A stretch of 64,000 nt of DNA from Pirellulales bacterium (GCA_963733035.1 CAVTBU010000006.1:640001-704000), one strand, 5' to 3'. Numbered from the stretch's first letter, positions 10,904-21,014 are shown. Numbers and translations are program-made. The notes: generated by a model from the letters alone, not told the origin.

Positions 10904-12643
10904 TCAGTCTTTTTCTTCCTCTGATTTGTTGGCCTTTGATTCGCCAGCGTCACGTTGATCGGCTCGACTTCCCTCGGTGTCATGCTTGCGATGCCGATGA
11001 TGCATCTTGCCAATGTCGTGCCTACGGTGCTGTGGACCGTCGCTGCCTGGATGAAATCCGTTGTTGCGACCGTGGCGAGGGCCACCGTCCCTTTTAAACC
11101 CCGCCATGGGCATTTGGTCCCAACCGGGACGTTGTGCCCCAGGCATCATCGACCGACCACCGCGAGGTGGAAACGCCGTTTCCTCGCGGCTGCGGCCGTG
11201 GGACGCCTCTGGGCCACGGAAATGCGCCATGCCAAGTGCGTGGTGTGGACCTGCCCCGTCATGGCCCCAATGCAGGCCAGCGCGGCGAAATTGGCTGGCG
11301 AATTGCGAATGGCCCTGTGCGTGTGACCAGTTGCGGTGCCAATTGCCATGGAGGCCGTGGCCGTATTGACCCCGGCCCTGAGACCGGTGGTACGCGAAAT
11401 GTGATCGGCCATGTCGCTGATTCGGATGGCGGCCGGCGAAACGGTGGTTTGGGCCACCGTGACCCGGTCTGCCGAAGCCGCAGTGTCGGCGGTGGTTGTC
11501 ATGGGCGGCAAGGCCATGGGCGCGGCCGTGATGACCATGTCCCCAAGCGATGCCGTGGCGCGTGTGCTGACTTGGCCCGAAAGATCTGTGGTGCCGGAAG
11601 GATTTCCGCACAAAGTTCCCGCGTGAACGATGTTGCCCGTGATATGAAAAGGACCGCTGACCATGTTCGTGTCCCATGGCGCGTGCGACCTTGCCCCAGG
11701 CCTCGGAATGCGCGTCGCGGCGATGGCCCGTCACATTCGGACGATGCCGGAATTGGCCGTCCAGCGATCGCACAGCATGATGGCCACGTGTGCCGCGAGG
11801 ATGGCGAGCGTGGGCAGATGGTGATTTGTAATGTCGAGAAGCGTGCTTCTTGCCCTGTTTCTTTTCACGTGTGCTCCGGGGTGGGCCTTCCGAATCGGCC
11901 GTCTCTTCCGCGTCCTCGTTTTCGCGGTCGGCGGTCAGGACCGAGAGCGTTTGGCCCGCTGGCGGAATGGCCGCCCCACCACGGCTGCGTCGCCCGCGGG
12001 GACCTTGTCCGCGGCCACCTTGTCCGCGCAACTCACCCGTGAACGGCTCCCCAGTCATTTCTTTCCACCTGGCTTGTTGTTCCGCGGTCAGCACTCCCTG
12101 GAGTTTCTTGCCGGTGGCTTTGCGCACTTCGGCGAACTTCATCCGCACGGCCTCGCGGTCACCATCGGCGGCTCCTTGGAACAGGCCGCGCATCTCATCA
12201 CGGGCAGAGGTTTGGATCTCTTCGATCTTCTCTTTCTGTTCGTCGGTGAGACCGAGCGCGGAAGCCACTTTGGAGGTGGTCAGTGCCTGGCCGCCTTGGA
12301 CTTGCAGCGCGATTTGCCGAAGCCGTTTTTGCTGTCCTTCATCGAGGATCGCCGAAACGGCCTTTTGGGCCTGCTCGCGGACTTCGGCCATTCGCTTCTG
12401 GCGTTCCTCGCGGCTGAGGTCGCGAAGTTCGCCGAATGACTCGCGTTGCTTTTCGAATGGCGCTTCAAGTTTCTTGATCTGGTCTTCGGTGAGATTAAGC
12501 TCGTCCTGCACCGACTTCTGAGACAGCAGCATCAGACCGCCACCATCAAAACCGCCTCCCCCTGGGCCGCCTCGTTGGGCCCAAGCGGTGGGCACCGCAA
12601 ACACGGTTGCCACCAAAACAATTGCAATGCCGGACGTCCGCAT
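10904..12643 (-). CDS. Secreted Spy/CpxP-like (LTxxQ) helical protein with a His/Gly/Arg-rich disordered C-terminus
   Basis: Signal peptide ending AWA; LNLTEDQ, LGLTDEQ and LTAEQ motifs; about 49 His (hand count) in the last ~310 aa; AGGAG SD. Confidence 0.75.
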   Translation of the reverse strand: MRTSGIAIVLVATVFAVPTAWAQRGGPGGGGFDGGGLMLLSQKSVQDELNLTEDQIKKLEAPFEKQRESFGELRDLSREERQKRMAEVREQAQKAVSAILDEGQQKRLRQIALQVQGGQALTTSKVASALGLTDEQKEKIEEIQTSARDEMRGLFQGAADGDREAVRMKFAEVRKATGKKLQGVLTAEQQARWKEMTGEPFTGELRGQGGRGQGPRGRRSRGGAAIPPAGQTLSVLTADRENEDAEETADSEGPPRSTREKKQGKKHASRHYKSPSAHARHPRGTRGHHAVRSLDGQFRHRPNVTGHRRDAHSEAWGKVARAMGHEHGQRSFSYHGQHRSRGNFVRKSFRHHRSFGPSQHTRHGIAWGHGHHGRAHGLAAHDNHRRHCGFGRPGHGGPNHRFAGRHPNQRHGRSHFAYHRSQGRGQYGHGLHGNWHRNWSHAQGHSQFASQFRRAGLHWGHDGAGPHHALGMAHFRGPEASHGRSREETAFPPRGGRSMMPGAQRPGWDQMPMAGFKRDGGPRHGRNNGFHPGSDGPQHRRHDIGKMHHRHRKHDTEGSRADQRDAGESKANKSEEEKD

Positions 12644-12820
12644 GGTTGTTCTCCTGGTTCCTCGACCTCTTGAGCGTGTCGCGCCTAGGGAAAGTCGATT
12701 TCCGCGAGCGCGCCACTGGCCAGTAGACGGCCAGTATTGCCGCGAATGCGAAAAAAGGGGCAGGGCAGCTACATGCTACCGTTCTGTCCACGGCGACTGC
12801 GTAAGAGTGCCGTTCCTAAG

Positions 12821-12851
12821 ATATGAAACCGGCGGCGAGGGTTTGAGTTTC
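12821..12851 (-). promoter_or_regulatory. Possible ECF-sigma-type promoter
   Basis: GAAAC-N17-GTTTCATAT on the minus strand, about 180 nt upstream of the Spy-like gene. Confidence 0.3.
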
Positions 12852-12905
12852 GCGGGATTCGTTGCGAAACCCGACTTGTGCAGTGCCATGCGGCAGCATG
12901 GGCAA

Positions 12906-14237
12906 TCAGTTTTCCAGGGATGATACGAGGACTGCGCTGGCTTGGCCTTGCGGCGTCACGTTAATGTTCATGAAGCTCTGGCCCGGGTCGTCGCCATTGC
13001 GATTGATGGCCAGTGGGCATTTTGGGTCGGGCGTTTCGTAGTTGAGCACCGGGAACAGTCGTTTGTTTTGCAATGCCAAAACGCTGGCGACAATCTCGAT
13101 CAACCCGCTGCCAGCGCCGAGATTGCCGAAATTGCTCTTGGCGGCTACGACCGGCAGCCTGGCCGTCTGTTCGCCGAAGATGTCCTGGATCGCTTTCGCT
13201 TCTTCTTCGTCACTGGTGCGCGTGCTTAGCCCATGGGCGTGGACGTGACCGACGTCGGCCGTCGTGCGGTCGGCATCGCGGAGCGTAGCTGCCATGACGT
13301 TCTTTAGCGCGGTTTCTCGTTGGGCAATGCCGCTCAGGTCGGCCACGGAACTGGAAGCCGTGCCGAGCACTTCGGCATAGATGCGAGCGCCGCGCCTCCT
13401 GGCGGACTCAAATTCTTCCAGCACGATGGCGCCCGCCCCTTCACCCAGAACCATGCCGCCGCGATTCAAATCAAAGGGCCGGCTTGCTTTCGCGGGTTCC
13501 ACGCCGTTGGCGGCCACTTCTTCTTGTGTCAGTGAGTGCACCATTTTCATGGGGTGAATGCGTGTGCCAGTGGCACCCGTCACGATGATCTCGGCGCTGC
13601 CGCGGATGATCGTGCGGTAGGCCTCTCCGACGGCCGCATTGGCCGATGCCTCCCGCAGCGTGATGGAATTGTTCGGACCGCGAAGGTCGTTGTAAATTGC
13701 GACATGGCTGGCTGGCATGTTGGGCAAATACTTGAGCAGCCACAGTGGCGTAAGCTGCTGCATCCCTTCGCTGGCCCAACGGGTGAAATCAAAATTCCCG
13801 TCCTCATCGATGCACTTCATAATGCCGGCGGCGAAGTCGTCGGGCAGCGTGAGCATATAGTCGGACCCGAACAACACACCGATGCGCTCTGGATCGAGTT
13901 GACCGCTATCGACCAGCCCTGCGTCGGTGAGCGCTCGCTGTGCCGCGGCAACACCCATTTGGGATTCGCGGCACATGATTTTGAGGCCTTTGCGAATGGC
14001 CTTTTTTTTCTCGCTTTCCAGCGTTCCAAAATCGTCGATCTTGCCAGTGAATTCTCGGGCTTCGGCGGCGAACGCCGTCGGCAAATAATCGACCGGCACC
14101 GTTTCCAACGGGGCCACGCCGCTCCTGCTGTTTGTGAGTCCTTCCCAGAGCGATTCCAGCGTTATGCCCAAGGGGCTGATGACCCCCATTCCCGTAATGA
14201 CCACGCGCCGTGAAGTATTCATATCCGCTTTTGCCAC
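12906..14237 (-). CDS. Beta-ketoacyl-ACP synthase (FabF-like) paralogue with a non-canonical active site
   Basis: RRVVITGMG, ASRPFD and GEGAG motifs; GPNNSITLREASA aligns with GPNYAVATACASA (Cys->Glu); KSNFGNL aligns with KSQLGHS (His->Asn); alternative start ATG at 14222. Confidence 0.9.
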   Translation of the reverse strand: MAKADMNTSRRVVITGMGVISPLGITLESLWEGLTNSRSGVAPLETVPVDYLPTAFAAEAREFTGKIDDFGTLESEKKKAIRKGLKIMCRESQMGVAAAQRALTDAGLVDSGQLDPERIGVLFGSDYMLTLPDDFAAGIMKCIDEDGNFDFTRWASEGMQQLTPLWLLKYLPNMPASHVAIYNDLRGPNNSITLREASANAAVGEAYRTIIRGSAEIIVTGATGTRIHPMKMVHSLTQEEVAANGVEPAKASRPFDLNRGGMVLGEGAGAIVLEEFESARRRGARIYAEVLGTASSSVADLSGIAQRETALKNVMAATLRDADRTTADVGHVHAHGLSTRTSDEEEAKAIQDIFGEQTARLPVVAAKSNFGNLGAGSGLIEIVASVLALQNKRLFPVLNYETPDPKCPLAINRNGDDPGQSFMNINVTPQGQASAVLVSSLEN

Positions 14238-14369
14238 GTTCCAATTGTTCCGGCTCGCGCGCCGTGCGAGCCGCCAGTTTATCGTTATACCGGGCAGTTG
14301 GCGAGTGACCCTGCGGGTTGGGCAAAGTTTGCTGCCCCGTATGCATCTCGATCAGCTGCTAGCGATAAC

Positions 14370-15684
14370 CTAGTAGCGATTGTGGATCATGCTCGCTTCG
14401 CGCTGGCCCGGTTGAAGTGCCGTCGGCTGCATGCCAAGTTTGCCGCGGCACTCGACAAAGATCAGCATTTCGGCACGCGGGGGCCCGGAAAGCAGCGGCA
14501 CGGAAAGGGTGCCTGCCGCATCTGGCACCGGTGTGGGGCCTACTCCCTGGCTAATTAGCAGTACCTGATCGGCCGGCCAACGGAAGCGTTCGTGCATTCG
14601 CGAACTGACCGGCTGTGGGACTTCAATTTTTTGCCGTTGCCGCGGGGCGGCAGTCGTGGGAACTTCGATCATCACGGGGATCATCTTTTCAACCTGGTCG
14701 ACTTCACATCGAACGACCGCGTCCACCACAGCGCCATCGATCGAGAGCAGGGGATTGAATTCCAGCTTGAAGCCCTCGTCGAATTGCCCCATGACCGGTT
14801 CAAAGCCGGGCCAAGTGCCGTCGGCTTTGAGAATCACGTCGCGGATGTAGTTGCGGGTCTGATTTGCCGAAATCTGCTTCGATTGTCCGTTGTTGACCAT
14901 CAGGTGCGGAGTGCCGTGTTCCTGGAAGTCGCTGCGGCGACGCATATCTGCCAATAGCAGGGCCGCATCTTCCTTGGCCAACAGCCAAGCCTGCGCGCCT
15001 TGCGACTGCGTGGCTACCGCGTGCAACACCTGGTGATGCTTGGCTCGCCAATCGGGACTGCGCAGCGTGACGACCCGCATGCCAAAGACGATTGATTCGG
15101 CTTCGGAATTGACGAAGCGATCGACCACGCCCTGCACGACCGCGTGCATTTGCGGGGTGTGGTAAACGCTTAAGCGGCGGTTGTCGATGCTGAGAATGGC
15201 CAGGGGCTGAGTGTGCCAAGCCTCGTAGCCGGTTTCACGCAAGATCCAATCGAGAATCGCCTGTTCTGGTTTGACGGTCGATGTGACTCGGGCCGTGTAC
15301 GGGGTAATATCGTATTCTCGCCATTCCTGGCCGCCGTCGTTCGGCAACGTACCCGGGCCAGGCGAAACGCGAGCAATCGGCGCGCGAGCCTGAATGGGGG
15401 CGGCCAGGTTCTGCGGCGCCGAGGCAGGAGCCTGGCCCGCCGGAGGTTGGGCGGTAGGAAGTTGTCCGAGTGGCGGTTGCGCGACCGGGGCGAGTTGCGT
15501 CGCGCTACGCGCGTGTCACCGTGCCAGGAGATCGCCACTTCATGCCGCCGTCGGATGCGTGTTCAGTATTGGCCGCTGCCGGCGTGCCGCCGGACAGGCC
15601 AGGCAGACTACGTGGCTGTTGTCCCAGTGTCGGGATGGCCGCCGACCACGCGGCAGCGAAAAACAATAAACGTCGAAAGAGCAT
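14370..15684 (-). CDS. Exported minimal secretin-like protein (apparent frameshift near 15507)
   Basis: ATG at 15684 gives the signal peptide MLFRRLLFFAAAWSAA; frame switches at ...GTVTRA/SATQLAP; C-terminal NNGQSKQI, EGFKLEFNPLLSIDG, IEVPQ and RAEMLIFV resemble secretin-domain motifs. Confidence 0.55.
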
Positions 15685-15839
15685 GGGGTCGGCCTCCTTG
15701 CCTGCATTCCCAGAAGCACACGCCGCGGGCCGCGCACTTCAGTCCACGTGCTCGATGGGGCGGGAAGTATAGGAAGGACCGCATGGGGCAGCAATAGCGG
15801 TCGGGTTGCTAGCAAGCGGACAGCAGAAACTCTGTCGAA

Positions 15840-17090
15840 CTATAGCCGACCGCTGCGCAGTCGGCCAATCAGAACCGACGCGTTGTGGCCGCCAAAGCCG
15901 AAGCTGTTACTCATTGCGGCGCTGATTTTTCGCTCGCGGGCGGTGTTCGGCGTGTAGTCCAGATCACAGAGAGGGTCCGGGTTTTCGAGATTGATCGTCG
16001 GCGGCACGACATTGTCCCGAAGCGTCAGCACGCTGAGTACCAGTTCGATGCCGCCGCTGGCCCCCAGCGAATGGCCAAGCTGGCTTTTTGTGCTGGAGAT
16101 ACTCAGCTCCCGGGCGTGTTCACCAAAGACTTTCTTAATGGCCGCCGTCTCGGCCTGATCACCCAGGGGCGTACTCGTGCCATGGGCATTGATATAGGTG
16201 ACCGTTTCTGGGCCGACCTGCCCATCTTCCAGGGCTCGTTTCATGGCCTGCGCGGCGCCGGTGCCCTCCTCGTCGGGCTGGGTAATGTGACCGGCGTCGG
16301 CACTGGCGCCGTAGCCCAGCACTTCGGCATATATCTTCGCACCTCGCTTGCGCGCGTGTTCCAGTTCTTCGAATACCAGCAAGCCCGCCCCTTCTGCCAG
16401 GACGAAACCGTCCCGCTCGCGGTCGAAGGGTCTGCTGGCGCGAGTTGGTTCTTCGTTGCGTTCGCTCAATGCCCGCATATTGGCAAAACCGCTAATGCCC
16501 ATTGGCGTGATGGCTGCTTCGCTGCCGCCAGTAATCATGATGTCGGCTTCGTCATATTGAATGCACTTGAATGCATCGCCGATGGCGTTGGTAGCACTCG
16601 CACAAGCAGTGGCCACGGCGTAGTTGGGTCCGCGAAGGCCATATTCGATCGAAATCTGGCCGCTAGCGGCGTTGAGCATCAGCTTGGGAATTGTGAAGGC
16701 CGAGACCTTGTCAGGACCCTTATGCAGCAGACGTTCAACCTGCGTTTCGATTTCATGCAGGCCGCCGATGCCCGAACCGAGGATTACGCCGGAGCGGAAA
16801 GGATCGAGTGTGCTGAAGTCGATGCCGCTGTCGCGCACGGCGTCGATGCCGGCGACCATGGCAAACTGCGTGAAGCGGTCGATGCGCTTGGCATCCTTGG
16901 GAGACATGTAGTCGCCCGTGGTCCAATCGTAAAGGTCACCGCCGAAATGCACCTTGTGGCCGGTGGTGTCGAACAGCCGGATCTTATGGATCCCGCTTTC
17001 ACCCGCCACCACGCGCTTCCAAAGGTCTTCGACCTGCCAACTGAGCGAAGTGACCGCGCCCAGTCCGGTTACGACGACGCGCCGTTTCAT
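15840..17090 (-). CDS. fabF: 3-oxoacyl-ACP synthase II
   Basis: TACASA, INAHGTST and KSQLGHSLGA give an intact Cys-His-His triad; NSFGFGGHN. Confidence 0.97.
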   Translation of the reverse strand: MKRRVVVTGLGAVTSLSWQVEDLWKRVVAGESGIHKIRLFDTTGHKVHFGGDLYDWTTGDYMSPKDAKRIDRFTQFAMVAGIDAVRDSGIDFSTLDPFRSGVILGSGIGGLHEIETQVERLLHKGPDKVSAFTIPKLMLNAASGQISIEYGLRGPNYAVATACASATNAIGDAFKCIQYDEADIMITGGSEAAITPMGISGFANMRALSERNEEPTRASRPFDRERDGFVLAEGAGLLVFEELEHARKRGAKIYAEVLGYGASADAGHITQPDEEGTGAAQAMKRALEDGQVGPETVTYINAHGTSTPLGDQAETAAIKKVFGEHARELSISSTKSQLGHSLGASGGIELVLSVLTLRDNVVPPTINLENPDPLCDLDYTPNTARERKISAAMSNSFGFGGHNASVLIGRLRSGRL

Positions 17091-17115
17091 GTATCCCTGC
17101 TTACGGCTGAGTAGC

Positions 17116-17352
17116 TTACGACTGGGAAGCTTCGATGAATTGCACCGCTTGGCCGACGGTTTGGATCTTTTCGGCCGCGTCGTCGGGAATGGTAATGTCG
17201 AACTCTTCTTCCAGTTCCATCACCAACTCGACTGTGTCCAGGGAGTCCGCACCCAAATCGTTCACAAACGACGTTTCGGGTGTGATCTTTTCTTTGTCCA
17301 CGCCCAACTGCTCGGCCACAATGTCGATCACACGTTCTTGAACTGACGCCAC
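17116..17352 (-). CDS. acpP: Acyl carrier protein
   Basis: [20 protein letters not shown]. Confidence 0.98.
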   Translation of the reverse strand: MASVQERVIDIVAEQLGVDKEKITPETSFVNDLGADSLDTVELVMELEEEFDITIPDDAAEKIQTVGQAVQFIEASQS

Positions 17353-17478
17353 CTTCGCGATCCTCCAACTGATTCGGTATATTGGGGAGACCCAGACCGT
17401 TCGCTCCCTTTATTCGCCGGGCCAAAATCCTTCAGGCGAAGTCTCTGGGGCGGCTGTAAACTGCATTCAATGGACACA

Positions 17479-17508
17479 AAAATAGAGGATTTCCATAAGA
17501 CAGGTCAA
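17479..17508 (-). promoter_or_regulatory. Putative sigma70 promoter for acpP
   Basis: TTGACC-N18-TATTTT in the 350-bp fabG-acpP gap. Confidence 0.45.
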
Positions 17509-17705
17509 GATAGAAAGTTTTAGCTCACCTGTCCATATCTCCTGGTACCCGCTGTCCACCGGGTGAGCGGCTCAGTACCTGTTTCTTAACAGTTGCCGCT
17601 GAGTGCCCGCGGGTCACACCCCTATCTGAATCCTTCGGCATTGGGACGCACTTCTTTGAAAACGCGGTTTCCGGCCGGTATTGCCGGCTGGTTTTTCGCC
17701 TATCG

Positions 17706-18482
17706 TTATGCCACTAGTCCACCGTCGACCGTCAGCACCTGGCCCGTGATGTAATTGGCTCCATCGCTGGCCAAAAAGAGGACGGCAGCGGCAACATCGT
17801 CGACGCGTCCCAATCGCCTGGCCGGCACCCGTTTCTTCACCTCGTCGAGAACCGCAGCACCGAGCGCCTCGGTCATTTCTGTTTCGATGAAGCCCGGCGC
17901 CACGGCGTTGACGGTGATTTTGCGGCTGGCCAACTCCTTGGCCACGGTGCGGGTTAGGCCAATGACCCCGGCTTTCGACGCCGAATAATTTGCCTGACCT
18001 GGATTGCCCGTCAGTCCCGACACGCTTGCGATATTGATGATCCGGCCGTAGCGGGCATGCATCATCGGGCGGGTAGCGGCCCGCGTGAACAGGAACGTGC
18101 CGCGGAGGTTGGTGTTGATAACGTTGTCCCAGTCTTCGTCCGACATGCGAGGGATAAGCGTATCGCGAGTGATGCCGGCGTTGTTGACTACAATGTGCAG
18201 TTTTCCCCACGTTTCGGTGACGCGGTCGACAACTTGCTGTACGCTGTCCCCGTTGGTGACGTCGCAAGCAAAAACTTCAGCTGTTCCGCCGGCCGCGGCA
18301 ATCGCATTTGCCGTTTCGGCCAACTTCTCTGCGCTGCGTGCCACGCAGGCAACTTTCGCACCACTGCGAGCTAGGGCAATGGCGATCGCCCGGCCAATGC
18401 CCTGCGAGGCTCCAGTGACGATGGCCGCCTGGTTGGCCAGATCCACCTGCAGGGATCGCTTGACAAGATCAGATTCCATCAT
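17706..18482 (-). CDS. fabG: 3-oxoacyl-ACP reductase
   Basis: TGASQGIG, NNAGITRD, NYSASKAG and GQVLTVDGG motifs. Confidence 0.97.
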   Translation of the reverse strand: MMESDLVKRSLQVDLANQAAIVTGASQGIGRAIAIALARSGAKVACVARSAEKLAETANAIAAAGGTAEVFACDVTNGDSVQQVVDRVTETWGKLHIVVNNAGITRDTLIPRMSDEDWDNVINTNLRGTFLFTRAATRPMMHARYGRIINIASVSGLTGNPGQANYSASKAGVIGLTRTVAKELASRKITVNAVAPGFIETEMTEALGAAVLDEVKKRVPARRLGRVDDVAAAVLFLASDGANYITGQVLTVDGGLVA

Positions 18483-18563
18483 GTGGTTAGCTCCGCTGGA
18501 AACAGTAAGATGCGGCGAATCCTAGCCCGAAGTTTTCGCCAGGGAAAGACAGATCGTCGGCGT

Positions 18564-19472
18564 CTAGTCGAGCGCACCGTGGCACGCGGCGCGGCGTTCG
18601 ATGCGTTTGAGCAATCCGCGAAGTACGCGTCCCGGTCCGACCTCGTAAAACTGGTCGTAGCCCTCGGCCAGCAGCTGACGCATCGATTCTTCCCATCGCA
18701 CGGGCGAAACGATCTGCTTGACGAGGAGTTCGCGAATCTCATCGGGATCGAAGTGAGGCGACGCATCGACGTTGGAGATGACGGGGATCGACGGGCGATT
18801 GATACGCGTTTCGGCGAGCGCTTCTCGCAAGCGTTCGACGGCCGAGTCCATGATCGGCGTGTGAAAGGCGCCGGCCACGGCCAACGGCACCGCTTTCATT
18901 GCGCCCGCGGCAACTGCCAACTCGGCCGCGCGCTCGCAAGCGGCGTTTGTGCCCGAGACAACGATATTGCCCGGGCAGAGCAGATTGGCGATCTGCAGGG
19001 TTTCTCCCTGTCGCGCCTCGTTGCACAACTGTTCGACCTGGGCCTGCTCGAGCCCCAGGATGCTGACCATTCCGCTCGGCGTCGCGTCCGCGGCTTCTTG
19101 CATCGCTTCGCCTCGTACCGCAACCAGACGCAAACCGTCTTCGAACTCCATCGCGCCGGCATACACCAGGGCCGTGTATTCGCCCAAACTCAGGCCCGCC
19201 GTTGCCTCGCTCGAGAGAACAACCTCGGGGGACTTGTCGCGAAGCTGCTCAATCGCCGCCAGGCTTGTGACGAATAGGGCAGGCTGGCTGATCACGGTCG
19301 AATCCAACTCTTCGGCTGGACCTTCGAAACAGAGCTTGGCCAGGTCGTAGCCAAGCACTTCAGTGGCACGATCATAGAGGCGGCGAGCGGCGGGAAAGTT
19401 GTCGGCGGACTGGCGTCCCATCCCGACCGTTTGAGCGCCTTGACCCGGAAAGAGAAACGCAATTTTGCTCAC
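18564..19472 (-). CDS. fabD: Malonyl-CoA:ACP transacylase
   Basis: FPGQGAQ, GLSLGEY, GAFHT, SPVRW and EVGPGRVL motifs. Confidence 0.97.
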   Translation of the reverse strand: MSKIAFLFPGQGAQTVGMGRQSADNFPAARRLYDRATEVLGYDLAKLCFEGPAEELDSTVISQPALFVTSLAAIEQLRDKSPEVVLSSEATAGLSLGEYTALVYAGAMEFEDGLRLVAVRGEAMQEAADATPSGMVSILGLEQAQVEQLCNEARQGETLQIANLLCPGNIVVSGTNAACERAAELAVAAGAMKAVPLAVAGAFHTPIMDSAVERLREALAETRINRPSIPVISNVDASPHFDPDEIRELLVKQIVSPVRWEESMRQLLAEGYDQFYEVGPGRVLRGLLKRIERRAACHGALD

Positions 19473-19599
19473 GACAAGGCTCCCGCGCTATCCCTGGTGC
19501 GGAGAAATTCAAAACGTGCGAACAGGGTAGGCCAGCGTTCTCCGGAAAGTACCTGTGGTCGGCTTTCGGAAGACGCGGTACCTCGTCCGGCGAGCAGCG

Positions 19600-19782
19600 C
19601 TACTCTTCAGTCGAAGTGACAACCGTGCGACCCATATAGTGGCCGCAGTTGGGGCAGACCCGATGCGACGGCACCGCGGTGCTGCACTGCGGGCAGTATT
19701 CAAGCCTTAGGGGCTTGATTGCATTGTGAGCCCGGCGACTTCCGCTACGGGCATTCGAACTTTTTCGTTTAGGGACGGCCAT
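19600..19782 (-). CDS. rpmF: 50S ribosomal protein L32 (zinc-ribbon form)
   Basis: MAVPKRKSS...CPQC...HRVCPNCGHY. Confidence 0.96.
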   Translation of the reverse strand: MAVPKRKSSNARSGSRRAHNAIKPLRLEYCPQCSTAVPSHRVCPNCGHYMGRTVVTSTEE

Positions 19783-19862
19783 GGCTCGTACTTCACCTGC
19801 GAGGGCTCCTGGCGGCCCAAGCTCAATCGTAATAAGTCATTACATGCAGTAACAAACGAACC

Positions 19863-19892
19863 ATCCTATGCGACCGCTGCCGGAGCTGTCAA
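19863..19892 (-). promoter_or_regulatory. Putative sigma70 promoter for rpmF-fab
   Basis: TTGACA-N18-TAGGAT about 80 nt upstream of rpmF. Confidence 0.6.
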
Positions 19893-20129
19893 GCGGGAGT
19901 CCGGGTCAGAACATGTCCGAAAATCGAAGGCCCAGATTGCCACAAATCGAGTCTATCGTCCAGCCGCAAGCGAGCGGCGTCACGAGGTGCCACTCGGTCG
20001 CCAAATCCCGTTCGCGTGGTACGATTGAGGAGACCGCCCAGCTCCCCTTGCTCGGACCATTCGCGCCGTGGGTCCCTAAGGATTTTTGCCGTGCTCGTCT
20101 TTCGCCGCAATCGTCCAACCGGTTCCACG

Positions 20130-21014
20130 ATGGGATCTACCATCGCCCGCCGCTTGCTCGTCCTGGGCGTGCTGGCGATTTTGGCCCTGGTGCTAGTCAT
20201 GCGCAGGCGCGACGACACAGATCGGCCCTCGATACGACCGCCGGTGTTACCGCAAGCTCAGGTGGGAAGCCTCGCCCTGGCTGTCAGCGAACCGTCCCCC
20301 GCGGAGGTCCACAAGTCGTTGTTTCCTGGAGTCCGAAGCGATTACTTGGACTCGGTTCGTGACGACACCGTCTTTCGAGCGTCGGAGAGTGACGCCTGGT
20401 TTCATTTGTTAGAGCTCCTGGACAGGACGAGTCAGGCGAAACTCGAGGCAGCCTCGCTGGGACCCGTCGGCTATTTGCAGCTCGACGATCAGGCGCCCTC
20501 GTATCGTGGGCGGCTGGTCACAGTTTCGGGCACCGTCCGCAAGGTAAAGTTAGTCGAGGCGCCCGAGAACGGGTACGACATCAAGCGGTACTACCAATTG
20601 TGGCTGCAACCGCTGCGCAGCGAGCCAGAACTGATTGTGGTATACGCGTTGAAACTACCGGAAGGCTTTCCGCAGGGGGACGAATTGGATGCGGAGGTTC
20701 ACACAACAGGATTTTTTTTCAAACGCTGGGCCTACAAGTCGCAAGATGGAATCCGCAGCGTGCCGCTCGTCCTGGCACGCACGGTTGACTGGCGACCACC
20801 GCCGCCGGCGACGGCAAGACCGCCCGCCGGTGAGCAATATGTGTTTGTGGTCGGGGCCGCAATAGCGCTGGCCGTGGTCGTAATTGCTTTCGTGGCCGCA
20901 CGAAATCGACGGGCCGCTCGTCCTCGAGACAGCAATCCGGTCGCTCTTGCGATTCGGTTGCCGGACGACGAATCCGGCGACGCCTCGAGCGATCGCAATC
21001 ATTCCGTCTCATGA
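20130..21014 (+). CDS. Hypothetical membrane protein (N- and C-terminal TM segments, one OB-fold-like domain)
   Basis: Two hydrophobic segments flank a domain running YRGRLVTVSG...YYQLWL...TGFFFKRWAY; stop overlaps the next start (ATGA). Confidence 0.75.
   Translation: MGSTIARRLLVLGVLAILALVLVMRRRDDTDRPSIRPPVLPQAQVGSLALAVSEPSPAEVHKSLFPGVRSDYLDSVRDDTVFRASESDAWFHLLELLDRTSQAKLEAASLGPVGYLQLDDQAPSYRGRLVTVSGTVRKVKLVEAPENGYDIKRYYQLWLQPLRSEPELIVVYALKLPEGFPQGDELDAEVHTTGFFFKRWAYKSQDGIRSVPLVLARTVDWRPPPPATARPPAGEQYVFVVGAAIALAVVVIAFVAARNRRAARPRDSNPVALAIRLPDDESGDASSDRNHSVS

Noticed and set aside
11146..11664. Alternative Thr/Ala/Met-rich frame inside the His-rich region
   Set aside because: Explained as the shifted reading of CAT/CAC-GGC codons; short and without its own signals, whereas the His-rich frame runs unbroken to a stop followed by a terminator
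15885..17114. 409-aa plus-strand ORF
   Set aside because: Antisense shadow of fabF with no recognisable motifs
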